A DNA stretch of 63,377 nucleotides, counting the filler, from Phoronis australis (Eukaryota > Animalia > Phoronida), in the NCBI GenBank assembly GCA_002633005.1. It is 3 parts of 3 records of this genome, joined end to end, with 100 filler letters (N's around TTAATTAATTAA, not from the genome) between each part and the next. Parts side by side here need not be neighbours in the genome. Positions count along the whole stretch, not along the records: positions 20,214 to 50,657 come from NMRA01000572.1; 2 more parts are not named here. One strand, written 5' to 3'. This document shows, piece after piece, positions 24,165 to 35,360 of the stretch (position 1 is the first letter of the stretch; each line of letters begins with the position of its first letter). A model generated the notes under the pieces. The model did no database searches. It was not told the DNA's origin and worked only from the letters and a program-made list of their open reading frames with translations. Both the position numbers and the translations under genes were made by a program.

Positions 24165-24410
24165 GTAGATCAGCCTAACTAAACTGACCCTACTGAACAT
24201 TAGGTGCTGCAGATTAGCCTCACTAAATGACCCTGGCTACTGAACAATATAGGTGCTGGAGAGCAGGCTCACTAAAGTGATTGAAAACAAATAGGTGCTG
24301 GAGAGCAGGCTCACTCAAGTGACCCTATTGAACAATACAGGTGCTGGAGATGAGTGTCACTAAACTGACCCTATTAAACAATATAGGTCCTGCTGGAGAA
24401 CAGGCTCGTG
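24165..24410. repeat. About 40-45-bp minisatellite (TAGGTGCTGGAGAGCAGGCTCACTAAACTGACCCTATTGAACAA)
   Basis: About 6 degenerate units; a related unit sits at 23683-23735. Confidence 0.8.
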
Positions 24411-24616
24411 GGTAAGCAACTAGGACAAAAATGCATAACTGGTTCTTGTCTGTATTTTTAAACTTGTCCACAATAATCTGTCCTAAATTTCGCAAGATTT
24501 TACCGCAAAATGACTTAATTATCTGATATACATAATTTTGGAAATAAATTGATAAGTAGTGTGTTGGAAATTCACATATCAAAAAGCAGCTTAATTGATT
24601 CTAGTGTTTTCCTTAC

Positions 24617-24753
24617 CTTCTCAAATATGTTTCGTGCATGACTGACTAAGTTAATTAACATGTAAGAGGTTCCAAGCTGGTTCAAGAGAGTCACATTCCC
24701 TGGAAAACGCTGAATCAGTTGTTTCTGAACCACCACGGCTTGCTTGTTCCAAC
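24617..24753 (-). CDS. ASPH: Aspartyl/asparaginyl beta-hydroxylase, TPR-region exon
   Basis: ttgtag|GTTGG...GAGAAG|gtaagg; 137 nt, phase 1-0. Encodes GWNKQAVVVQKQLIQRFPGNVTLLNQLGTSYMLINLVSHARNIFEK. Confidence 0.88.
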
Positions 24754-25368
24754 CTACAATGGGGTCAAATTAGTCACAGATTCAGTTAGACTGAAACATG
24801 CACTGACGTGAAGCACCCTTGTATTTCTGCTTGCTTTTAATTGTTCCAACGTACAATGGTGTCAAATCAGTCAGGGATTCAGTTAGACTTGAACATGCAC
24901 TGTGAAGCACTGGCCCTTGTATATTTTTGCTTGCTTGTTCCAACCTACAATGGGGTCAAATTAGTCGGAGATTCTGTTAGACTGAAACATGCACTGTGAA
25001 TTTGTACCGGCCCTTGTATTTCTGCTTGCTTCTTCCAACCTATAATGGGGTCAAATCAGTCAGATATTCTGTTAGACTGAAACATGCACTGACGTGAAGC
25101 ATCCTTGTATTTTTGCTTGCTTCTTCCAACCTACAATGGGGTCAAATCAGTCAAAGATTCTGTTAAACTGAAACATGCACTGTGAATTAAAAGCACCCTT
25201 GTATTTCTGCTTGCCTGTTACAGCCTACAATGGGGTCAAATTAGTCAGCGATTCAGTTAGACTGCAACATGCACTGACGTGAAGCACCATTTTATTTCTG
25301 CTTGCTTGTACCAACCTACAATGGGGTCAAATTAGTCAGAGATTCTGTTAGATTGAAACATGCACTGC
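24740..25368. repeat. About 93-bp tandem repeat x7 spanning an ASPH intron/exon boundary
   Basis: Unit TGCTTGTTCCAACCTACAATGGGGTCAAATTAGTC...GACTGAAACATGCACTG; the first unit overlaps the exon start at 24753. Confidence 0.9.
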
Positions 25369-27479
25369 ACAGAAGGACCGTTAATTGTATTGCTGACAAA
25401 AAATACATGCACTTCCAAATCATACTGATAATGTTTACTTTGTCCAAGATGAACACCAAGGCTGGGTTATGATTTTTTACTTGCAAAAGTGTCTGTTATT
25501 CTATGCTCAAGGACATAAAGCCTTACGTGGATAACATGATTACCGCAGCATTAAAAGGCTAAACGTTTATAAGTCTGAACTTGAAATTTCCAGTATTTTT
25601 AGTAACTATCGTGAGGTTTTACTAGACTTTGTAGTGCAAATATATGAGTGATGAAGTGCAAACCTGGACTAGAAACTCATTTACATAAACCATAATGTAC
25701 TCGAGCACAGATTATAAATAAGGTAAAATTTTTCAGTTCAGAACAGTGTGGTGGACAGGTAAAATTTCATTTTTCGGAAATATGATGAACGTCAAAATTG
25801 CCCATGTCCCAATCTTTAGAATCAATAATTTTCAATTTTCTGTTTGAATATTAATGTTTCTAGATTTACAGACTGTCCCAATTTTACCGTACAATAGTTG
25901 TGTAAGTGCTGACGCACTCTGTTAGTTTTTAGAATACAGTTTAATTACTCTGCGCAGAGTACTGTTGTTCCAGGGTTTTCTTCAATTTTATTCTTATTAC
26001 TCTGCGCGTGTAAGTGCAGAGTACTGTTGTTCCTGGGTTTTCTTCAATTTTATTCTTATTCTTCTTATTCTTCTTCCGACCAACTTTGAGGCTTAATAAC
26101 TCCAAATTGGGTTCAGGTACGGTCTTTAAATTCAGCATATAACCAAGGAGTGTACGAGTATAGGAGAGTTCACTCCGCCATTTTACCATTCGCCGCAATG
26201 GTTACTGGTCGAAACACTAGAACTCCAAGCGGTGTATAATCAACACTTAGTTTGGCGCGCAGTCGGAACAATGTAAACGCTAATAAATTCATACTTTAAT
26301 AACATTCAACGTGCAATAAAATTACTGTGTGGTTGAAAATGGTTAAAATACATAAACTAACATCCACTTACAATAGAATGAGAAAGAAAATGTGTATATT
26401 AATCAATATTAAAGTGTATTCGTTTTTATTCTCTTGAAGCTCCCTTCAAAATTCATCATGGTTTTGTTTCATGTTTGAGTTCTTAACACGGCAATTACTG
26501 TTCCTTATAACAGCTCATACCTCCGAGTCCATGGACTACATAATTTGAAAGATTGCCCCGGGGCTTCAGAGGGGAATTCCCCCCAGGTGCCAGCTAAGGG
26601 TGTACCAAGCAAAAACCGGCAGGTGGGCGCCAAATGGGTGTTGACCCCCTCCCAGGGGGGTTACATGGGAGGAGTGCTAAACAGGTAAAAACCAATGGGT
26701 ATGTATGCCACATGGGTGTTGAGCCCCTCCCATCGTCACATATTTTGGTTGCTCCCCTGACCATTGACAAACATGTTGCTCCCAGCTCACTGCTGGTTTC
26801 ATCTCCACCCAACAATTTCGCATGTGTTCCCTATTCAATGCATGAGGCTACTGGCAATGCAGACAATTGTTTTGTGCAGTGGGTGTTACACAAGTGAGAA
26901 GAAGAAAGCAAGGCAATTCATCACTACCACAAAACCGTAATACAATTTTAGAACATTCCATTATTTCTTAGACATGCCAGTATAGGGCTCAATCCCACTC
27001 TCCCACTCACCAACAGTTACAAGTCACTTGCTAATCTGTAGAATAGCTCACAACTTACAAAATGAATTAACATCGAGTATATCATTACTCATAACTAGTC
27101 AAAGTTCAAAATATCATGACAAAAAATTAAGAGATACTAAACAGCAATCAAAATATTCACCACCCACATAACTTCATACAAAATTGAATGATTAAAAAGA
27201 CTTGGATGATAAAACCAAAATTTTATTTTATATACCCACTGTTCCTATTAGTAAATATTTCAGGTAAGTTAAAGCCAAACCACAAGATCATATCTGATAC
27301 CTAGCCTTAAATTAATCACAATCTCCAAAAATGTACAAAATAGGCAACACATACACCAACCAATACAACAAGAAAATCTGACCAACCTTGTCACCCTCTA
27401 TTAATTCACTAGAAAACAACAGCACTTTTCGCCAAAGAAATGCGTTATACATAAAGCTGAAAACTAATTTACTTACAAC

Positions 27480-28330
27480 AATTAGTAGCCAGTACTTAGA
27501 TTAACTCCATCCTGGCATTTATGGTAGGAGGGCTAACTCTCTTTTGTTCGATAATTGCTCTAATCTCTCATCAGATACTATCTAGCCTGACTGGGCTGTG
27601 CTGTTAAAAGGGCCTTTCATACTAACCTCCATGTCTGGATGGTTTGGGGAGTTGCAGTCAGTATGAACACTTAACTTCGGTCCTGGATTACAGTTAACAG
27701 CTCCAGTTAACATCAAAGTTAACAGGTGGATTTAACAGCGCAGCGTCGATGCTGTGGTGCAGTATGAACGGTCAACTTCGGTCCTATCGAAGTTATCGCC
27801 AGGTGCCAATGTTATGGTCAACAATTAAAGGGCATTGCTGTCTCTAATAGTTGCTTATATTTTGCTCTAATAATCACCAATCGATTTAAAAATAAGTTTT
27901 ATATCAATTAGCACATGTAAAGGTTCCTAAATTGGCAATTTGAAAAATCATAGCATGCAGCGCTACCTTAGGATAACTTCGATGACAGCAGCGTCACCTA
28001 CCATTTACTTCGAAGTTCATTAACAACCGAAGCCAGTATGAACGGTCCAGTTAACTTCGCTGTTTACGTTGAGCTCTGCTCAGACCGGAGTTAAGCCAAT
28101 ATGAAAGGGCCTAAAAATAAAAGTTTAGTTACAACGTAATTGAACATAAACCAATAAAATTTCTCAATTCCTTGTCAAATGCTGACCATGCTTAGTTTAT
28201 GAATCACCAAAATTGCTCAACTACAACCGAAGTTAAGACGATCTATTCTGTCTGACCGTATTAATACCAACGCACTGGGTTTGACTGCGCTAATACACAG
28301 TCAGTAACAGGGTGCAACCACCATAGGTTT
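27480..28330. repeat. Dispersed repeat family X copy containing a nested MITE
   Basis: 27480-27608 and 28113-28330 join to give the family X sequence. Confidence 0.75.
27609..28112. mobile_element. MITE with TIR AGG(G/C)CCTTTCATA (possibly PIF/Harbinger-like)
   Basis: AGGGCCTTTCATAC ... ATATGAAAGGGCCT, inserted in an A-run of family X. An inverted partial copy lies at about 36614-36945. Confidence 0.7.
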
Positions 28331-29264
28331 CATAATTTTTTTAAGAATTAAGATTTTAAAATCCACAACACAGATAGTATTTGATCCAATAAGTTGTTTT
28401 TTGCAGTATATGCTATTTTAATAAAGATATTACACTTGATGTGTTAATTTTATTTAGTTACGCACATTAAATCATTGTCATTATTTAAGCTAAGGTCATG
28501 TGGTTCCTGTATTTCCGTATGTGCCAATTTTCACGCGCAGTATATACGTGGAATATTAAAACGTATTAATGCAATGAGTAATGTTCAGTTTTAATGATTC
28601 AGTTTTCCAGAGTCTATCGGCATCTCAACATTTTTAGTACACACGCTTTCTCACATTAAGTTTTAACAGCAGAATGTGTAATTTTGACTACTGGTTCTCA
28701 CAACCAGTACCAAAAGTCTGCAGTAATGAAACAAGCTCGATCGTTTGAGTGCAAAATGGTACACAAACAAGATTTTGAAGAGTTAAGAAAAACGATTCAC
28801 TAATGTATGTAAACTTGCAAAAGATTCAGTACTGGTATACCGCCAATTCGAAAAATGTTATTCTCAAAGACGCAGGCATTCACGCTCGTAGGGTCCACTA
28901 TGCCGAGTGTGCGGCTTTATTAATGAAACGGACCACTGCGATCACTGTAACTAGTACGTACCTACAAACAGGTTCACTTAACTATGTAGGCTACCTACAA
29001 ACAGGTTCACTTTCAGTACATACCTACAAACAGGTTCACTTTAACTATGTACCTACAAACAGGTTCACTTTGGGAATTCAAAACCATACAAAAGGTTCCT
29101 TTTCCTGCATCTACAATAATCATCTTAAGATCTAGTTGCAAATGATGTACTCATTTTTGACAATGGCATCTCTTCTTGTACAGTTCAACTTTAGGGTAAA
29201 AATCAGCTGTCCAAGAAATTTGTGTGAAAGGATTAGGGTTAGGGTTAGGCTTGTGGAGTTAACT

Positions 29265-29782
29265 GGTACAAAAAGGTGGTGTTTGTGCAACAAAAAGGTG
29301 GTGTTTGTGCAACAAAAAGGTGGTGTTTGTGCAACAAAATCCAACGAAAGGTGACATCTTCATCAAGGGGTGCATATGGTGTTTCTTGAACCAAAGCCTA
29401 CAAAAGAAGACATCTTCATCAAAGGGTGGTTTTTTTGCAACCAAAGCCTACAAAAGGTGACATCCTCATTGAAAGGTGGTGTTTGTGCAACCAAAGCCTG
29501 CAAATGGTGATATCCTCATCGAAAGGTAGAGTTTGTGCAACCAAAGCCTACAAAAGGTGACATCTTCATCAAAGGGTGGTATTTGTGCAACCAAAACCTA
29601 CAAAAGGTGACATCTTCATCGAAGGGTGGTATTTGTGCAACCAAAACCTACAAAAGGTGACATCTTCATCGAAGGGTGGTGTTCGTGCAACCAAAACCTA
29701 CAAAAGGTGACATCTTCATCGAAGGGTGGTGTTCGTGCAACCAAAACCTACAAAAGGTGACATCTTCATTGAAGGGTGGTGT
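29265..29782. repeat. About 50-bp minisatellite (TTTGTGCAACCAAAACCTACAAAAGGTGACATCTTCATCGAAGGGTGGT) x about 9
   Basis: Directly visible; preceded by shorter sub-units and GGGTTAGGGTTAGG. Confidence 0.9.
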
Positions 29783-29823
29783 TATCTTCTTGAAAGCTCA
29801 TCACAGATAAGATCACGCCCAGG

Positions 29824-29967
29824 GTAACATCATATCCCAATTCTTCAGCTGCCCACCCAGTAACATCATATCCTAATTCTTCAGCTGCCCACCCAGTAAC
29901 ATCATATCCTAATTCTTCAGCTGCCCACCCAGTAACATCATATCCTAATTCTTCAGCTGCCCACCCT
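29824..29967. repeat. 36-bp minisatellite x4
   Basis: GTAACATCATATCCTAATTCTTCAGCTGCCCACCCA repeated. Confidence 0.92.
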
Positions 29968-30336
29968 ACCAAACAAAAATATAGACTATAGCACCAAATG
30001 TGTTTCACAGCATATAACATCACACCTTTTGGTCGGTATAGACTGACCCAAAAAACCTCACCTTGTTTTCGGGTTGGTGGAAATTCTGGAGAAAACCACA
30101 AATTTTTGTTTGGCCTGCATGCGCTTTCACTCCTTATACACATTACCTGATGGTGTTAAGTTCCATTGCCAGATCAGGCGTAGTTACCATTGCTTCTACT
30201 GTCCAAATGGGTAATAAACTATAAATCGCTGATAAAAGTGTGTCAAGTTTATAGTCCCTGTAACCCGAGATTCTATCATGAACATTTCACGTTATGAGCT
30301 TAGCCAGCATGTCATGTGTCCATTGTCATCACTGAC

Positions 30337-30580
30337 CTCTGAAGGTTAACTTGTTCATTAAGATATCCCCTGTCATTAGAACCAGATCTTTGGGCACAGA
30401 AGTTTCAGCCATGTCTAAAATCTTCCTCAAAAAATGGAATGACTGTTCTAGCAAAGAGTTGCTCCTTTTCAAGTCTGCGAGGTGTATGAGAGACATGGCT
30501 TTACTGTAGAGTGCACGCGGGCTGTCACCATACTTGCTCAACAGAGAATCTGCTGCCAAACTCGCCTCTTCATACTTTTG
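30337..30580 (-). CDS. ASPH: Aspartyl/asparaginyl beta-hydroxylase, TPR-region exon
   Basis: ttctag|CAA...AGAG|gtcagt; 244 nt, phase 0-1. Encodes LLSKYGDSPRALYSKA...LADLKRSNSLLE...VPKDL...FRG, matching ASPH KYPQSPRARYGKA..LAEKRRSNEVL. Confidence 0.9.
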
Positions 30581-31472
30581 CTAGAAATAAAATTCATCAA
30601 ATCAGACACGCATAAACTAAAAAAGCGAAATTAGACCTACGTTTTCAATCAAAACTTTTTGATTTATGCCACCAAATTGTTCCTTAGTCAAAATAACTGT
30701 GATTTTTGGGCTTGGAAAGAACAGACAGTCATGCTGTGACTAAATGTTATGTGTCACATCTTCAAAAGCCCAGAATTATTTCTAAACTCAGTAAGAAACA
30801 GGGCAAGACCAAATCTGTAAGTGGCCCATATCAAAATTTCTTTTTTGACACAAAACGCATTTCATTCTGCTTGACTCAACAATGAATTTCAAGCTTGATT
30901 TGCCTGTAACGCAATTATTCACTGGATGTTTGATTTTTCAAAAATAACACCAAATCATCAGCAATGCCCTACCACAAGGAACATATTTACCAACTTTCAT
31001 AACGATTCTTAGAGTGCTTTGGGAAATAGAGAGAAGGACGCCAAAAAACAGACTAAAATATAATAAGAAACAGCCAATGGAGGCATACACTACATGTACG
31101 TCAAATTCATCTAAGAACAATAACATGTCATCGCTTTAACAGAAATCTATTTACTTGACATAATATTGAATCTATTAGTCCTGAGAATTGGCCTGGTAAA
31201 CAAAACTACAACAGGCAAGCAAACGCAGCTTCCATACCTTCAAGCATTTTCAGCAAATTATCATAATTTTTATTGGCTACTTCTGTCACAATGGACAAAG
31301 CAACCATTCTCTACCCAGGATATACATTATTCCAACTCCCCTTTAATATGTATTAAAATAGTCCACTCTGAATGAGCAGTAACTCAGTTCTCCTGCAGTT
31401 TGCCATTCCTCTTTTCCTAATTTATTACACACTCAGTTTGTTAAGTTTGATTACGCAAGAGAAATTCCGTAC

Positions 31473-31645
31473 CGTGTCAACAAGTTTATCAATTTTGTCC
31501 AAGTTACTGCGGATGCGATTGTCTGCCTTGCTTGTAATGTATGCTTTTGAGTAGGGTTTCTTGGCTTTAGGTCTATTTTGAGAAGAATCTTCCTGTTTTG
31601 TTGACTTATTGTTGGTTAAGCTCACAGTTGTGCCCAACAGAAAAC
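31473..31645 (-). CDS. ASPH: Aspartyl/asparaginyl beta-hydroxylase, 5'-most recognisable exon
   Basis: ttgtag|GTTTT...GACACG|gtacgg; 173 nt, phase 1-0. Encodes KAKKP...SKADNRIRSNLDKIDKL, resembling ASPH KKPKLLNKFDKTIKAELDAAEKL. Confidence 0.78.
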
Positions 31646-31940
31646 CTACAATATAATCAAATAATTAAAACAAATGGTAAATATTGGCATTTCGAGAGGT
31701 GAATGAACTTCAACGAAGTTAGTAACTGAGGTTGGCACTGGGAAACGCGATATTCACCAGGTGGTGCCAATAATGACTGGGTCCTTTCAGTAGACCTATA
31801 CAAGTGCCAAAATTCGCAAGCCGCCATTACGTGATCACGTGACCAGGCAAAACCTGTCCAGTTCAGCACTAGCGATAGGGTACAGTTGAAGCATAAATCA
31901 TGGCAAAGTCACTGTCTACTTCATTACCAACATCACTGGC

Positions 31941-32247
31941 TATTATAGTTAGTACTCTGAAATGCTACAAGGCTCTACTATAGTTAGTACTTTGAAATGC
32001 TACAGGGCTCTATTATAGTTAGTACTTTGAAATGCTACAGGGCTCTATTATAGTTAGTACTTTGAAATGCTACAGGGCTCTATTATAGTTAGTACTCTGA
32101 AATGCCACAGGGCTCTATTACAGTTAGTACTCTGAAATGCTACAGGGCTCTATTATAGTTAGTACTTTGAAATGCTACAGGGCTCTATTACAGTTAGTAC
32201 TCTGAAATGCTACAGGGCTCTATTATAGTTAGTACTCTGAAATGCTC
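31941..32247. repeat. 35-bp minisatellite x about 9
   Basis: TATTATAGTTAGTACTTTGAAATGCTACAGGGCTC repeated. Confidence 0.93.
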
Positions 32248-34149
32248 CATTTCCTTGCAACACAACTTAAAGGAACTTCAACATGGCCTTGGGACCATTC
32301 TAGCAGTGGCTGGACAAGGGAGGCATGCATGGAAACAAAAATACCTGTGGTTAGGTTCTTATAAGAAATGATAGGAAGGAAACACTAGAGAGGGTTTAAA
32401 GGAGAATGGCTCCCAATTAAATTAATTGTTTTTACCATCTTAATCTATCTATATCCACATCACCTTGTATACGGTCGATCTTACCTCGCCGAGAGGTGTC
32501 GCATTAGCATGTGAGGAAGGTGAGTAAACGACAGTGATGTCAGTGGTTCTGGTGCAGAGTGAATGAGTGCCGCTATGGTGTGGTGTACTGTATGAAATGC
32601 TTCGGAAATGGCACACGGCAGTGAAGATTGATAAGTACATAGTTAATACCAAGTACGAGGAAGTGAAACATCTCCGTATCTCAGTGGCCAGCATTTCATC
32701 GACAGTGATTTCACTGGTGAATGCCGGCTTACGAAACAGTTCATGCCAGGGCAGAAAAAGACACTGTTGAGCACTCGTCTAAGTTGGGATTGCAAGTTGT
32801 CGTGTTCTCCTGCCTGTATTTTATGGAAGAATACTTCAAATTTATCACGGAACCGAAGCAAACTACCGAGACCAATGTTGGTAAATTGGCCAACTGAACT
32901 TTGTAGGTTACGGTACGTTCAAATACCTATAAATCCGTAACAGCGAAATAAAACAACACCTTTGATGGGTTTGTAAGGGTTTTACATCAAGTTTTGATGA
33001 TTTATTGGTGTAAAACAATGAAATCAAGTGATAAGCTGACACCAGTAAGTATGTTGTGAACTTCTGAAGAGACTGCGTTCGAACCTCTGACGTCATTGGA
33101 TATTTCAACACCTCCATCTGCCGTCAGGTGTCAGGTAAAAGAACTGAACGTGCTGTTATGAGTGGAATTACTTGACCTGAATTGATACAAAATAGTTGTT
33201 TTTGAGAGGCATTCCCCTTTAATACAAGCAAAGGCAAACTAAAGCATGCAAGTAATTCAAGAAAAAAACTCAAATGCATGAATGGAAGACAAATTGATGA
33301 CAAACAGGTCTTTCAGCAGTTTAATTGATAGATTAAATTTGAGGTCCTGTTATGGTCAAAACACAATTTTTTAAAATGAACCCTGAAATTACAATGCATA
33401 TTTATGCAAAAAAGAACTGAACGAATGAAAATTTGAACTAAGGTATTCATAAAATCAACCAAAACTTATCCAAATGATTTCAGGCAATCTCCAACTTCTC
33501 CCCTCCTTTTAGTGATTGCAATATGAACACAAGGTGGCGCTTTGACACCCTTAATTCAAGCAGCCTTTAGAATACCACTGCTCCCCGTGTCAAAGAGGAG
33601 CCATTGTTAAATCCAAAAGCCTGGAAAATCTAACTGATACAGTTAGCATAGTTCTTGCATTTTGTTTTAGTTCTGATAACTAGATGTACTTAGACTCCAG
33701 AAATGAACTAATTGACATATCTTGACAAAATTTATGAAAAAATAGGAAAAGTAGGACTACCACCAAGAAATCCGAAAAAGTAGAAAAATGATAATCTTTA
33801 TGCACTGTTCTCCATCAAAAAATATGACTTTCAAAAAATATGACTTTCAAAAAACCCAAAAGTAACAATTAAAATAAACGGAATATTAATTGAGAAAACT
33901 TTAGAGACATTTTTAAGATTTTACCCTGAACAATTATATCATAAGAAATTATGTCTTTTTAATGAAATTATTTTCCTATGGATGTATCTTTTTGGCTTAA
34001 ATTTTACCAAAAAAACATGGTCACAATTACAAAATTGATGGGTAACTGGAAAAAATTCAAAAAATACTTTCAGACAAAAATTGTACTCAGTAAATTCTAT
34101 AGTTTTGTCATGCCATGAATAGTTCACTTACAAGGAAAACACACAAAAG

Positions 34150-34371
34150 CGCTTCCCATTTAAAAAGAGACTTTCCCACTTTGTTTCAAACTGAAATGCA
34201 ATATTACAATATAGATTAATATCAACATTTTGTCTTTAAATTTGGTTTGTAATCGATCTTTACCCCTCTCGATTAACCAAATTTAAAGACAAAATGTTGA
34301 TATTTATCTATAATGTAATATTACATTTCAGTTTGGGACAAAGTGGGAAGTCCCTTTTTAAATGGAAAGCA
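34150..34371. repeat. About 220-bp imperfect palindrome (MITE-like hairpin)
   Basis: Arms of about 105 bp (CCATTTAAAAAG...TTTAAATTTGGTT / AACCAAATTTAAA...CTTTTTAAATGG) around a short spacer. Confidence 0.85.
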
Positions 34372-34749
34372 CTTACATGTGGGAATTTTCACCTATTACT
34401 TCAGAGTGTTTTGCGCCAGGACCCTCTGAGCGAGCGCGGTCAGAGTTGGACACAGTTGTGATGACCGTAATGTCCAGTGCAAGCAAGATCCGGATAAGTG
34501 CACAAACCAATAATTTTTGTTAATAATAAACATTACGGCAGTATTCAGCCTGACAAAACAACATGGTATGATTTTCTATTTTCAAATATCAATACACTAA
34601 TAAGCTAAAAACTACAAACATTGCTTACGGATAGAAGATAAACGACAGTGCGTATTGATATACTTGGGATGATTTACAAATGCTGATCATAATTAGCAAT
34701 ATCAGGTGGTTTATTGTTTTAGTATACAACTAAATTACATTACAACAAT

Positions 34750-35360
34750 TACAAAGAGCTACGCGGAGCAGTGAAATGAGCCCACGAATGCATCGCAATT
34801 GGTGTGCTTCTAAAGGTGTATATTTGAATCACAAAAATGGCCACTAGATGGCGCAAAATGTGTATCCATCCGAAAACAGGAACATGCTATCGCTTCTTTA
34901 ATAGAAAGCTATTTTACTATATTTCATAAAAATATGTCGAGGAACTTCAGAAAAACAAAGGAAAATGGAAAAAAATGAAACTGCCACAGGGGGAACAACA
35001 ATCACAGGCTTCGTCTAAAAGTCGTCCTTGATCGTTGTTAACTTGATATAAATACAATTGCTAAATTTAATAAAAATCGGTCCAAAAGTTCACTCATGCC
35101 ATCTCATTCATGAAAGGAACATGTGTTCAAAATTTTATGAACATACATCAAAGGGTTTTGGAGAGAGAGACGTCGGACGCCAGACGGACGGCGGTCAGAC
35201 TGGGATGATGGCATAATGCGACCACATATAAATATGTTGGAGCACCTCACTAACAGATTCTTACCTGCCAATTTATGAAAATCCATTGAGAACAACTGAA
35301 GATACAGAGGTAAGCTGAAAAACTATAATTGTCACTAGGGGCACACCAGTTATCAGTGAG
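34750..35360 (-). mobile_element. Short HINE-like derivative of the 51032-53193 family
   Basis: Shares both termini (AAGAGCTACGCGGAGCAGTGAAATG..CCCACGAATGC; GGCATAATGCGACCACATATAAATATGT) and the internal unit. Confidence 0.78.

Noticed and set aside
29232-29250. TTAGGG repeats as a telomeric remnant
   Set aside because: Only about 3 units; such motifs are common inside invertebrate MITE-like repeats.
29265-32247. Regular short repeats as a possible CRISPR array
   Set aside because: The units are contiguous with no unique spacers, there are no cas genes, and the context is eukaryotic.
32485-32813. Exon-like segment (AG...GAG|gtaaga) as the ASPH TM exon
   Set aside because: Its only open frame ends in phase 0, incompatible with the phase-1 acceptor at 31645, and it shows no ASPH similarity. 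It might be non-coding.
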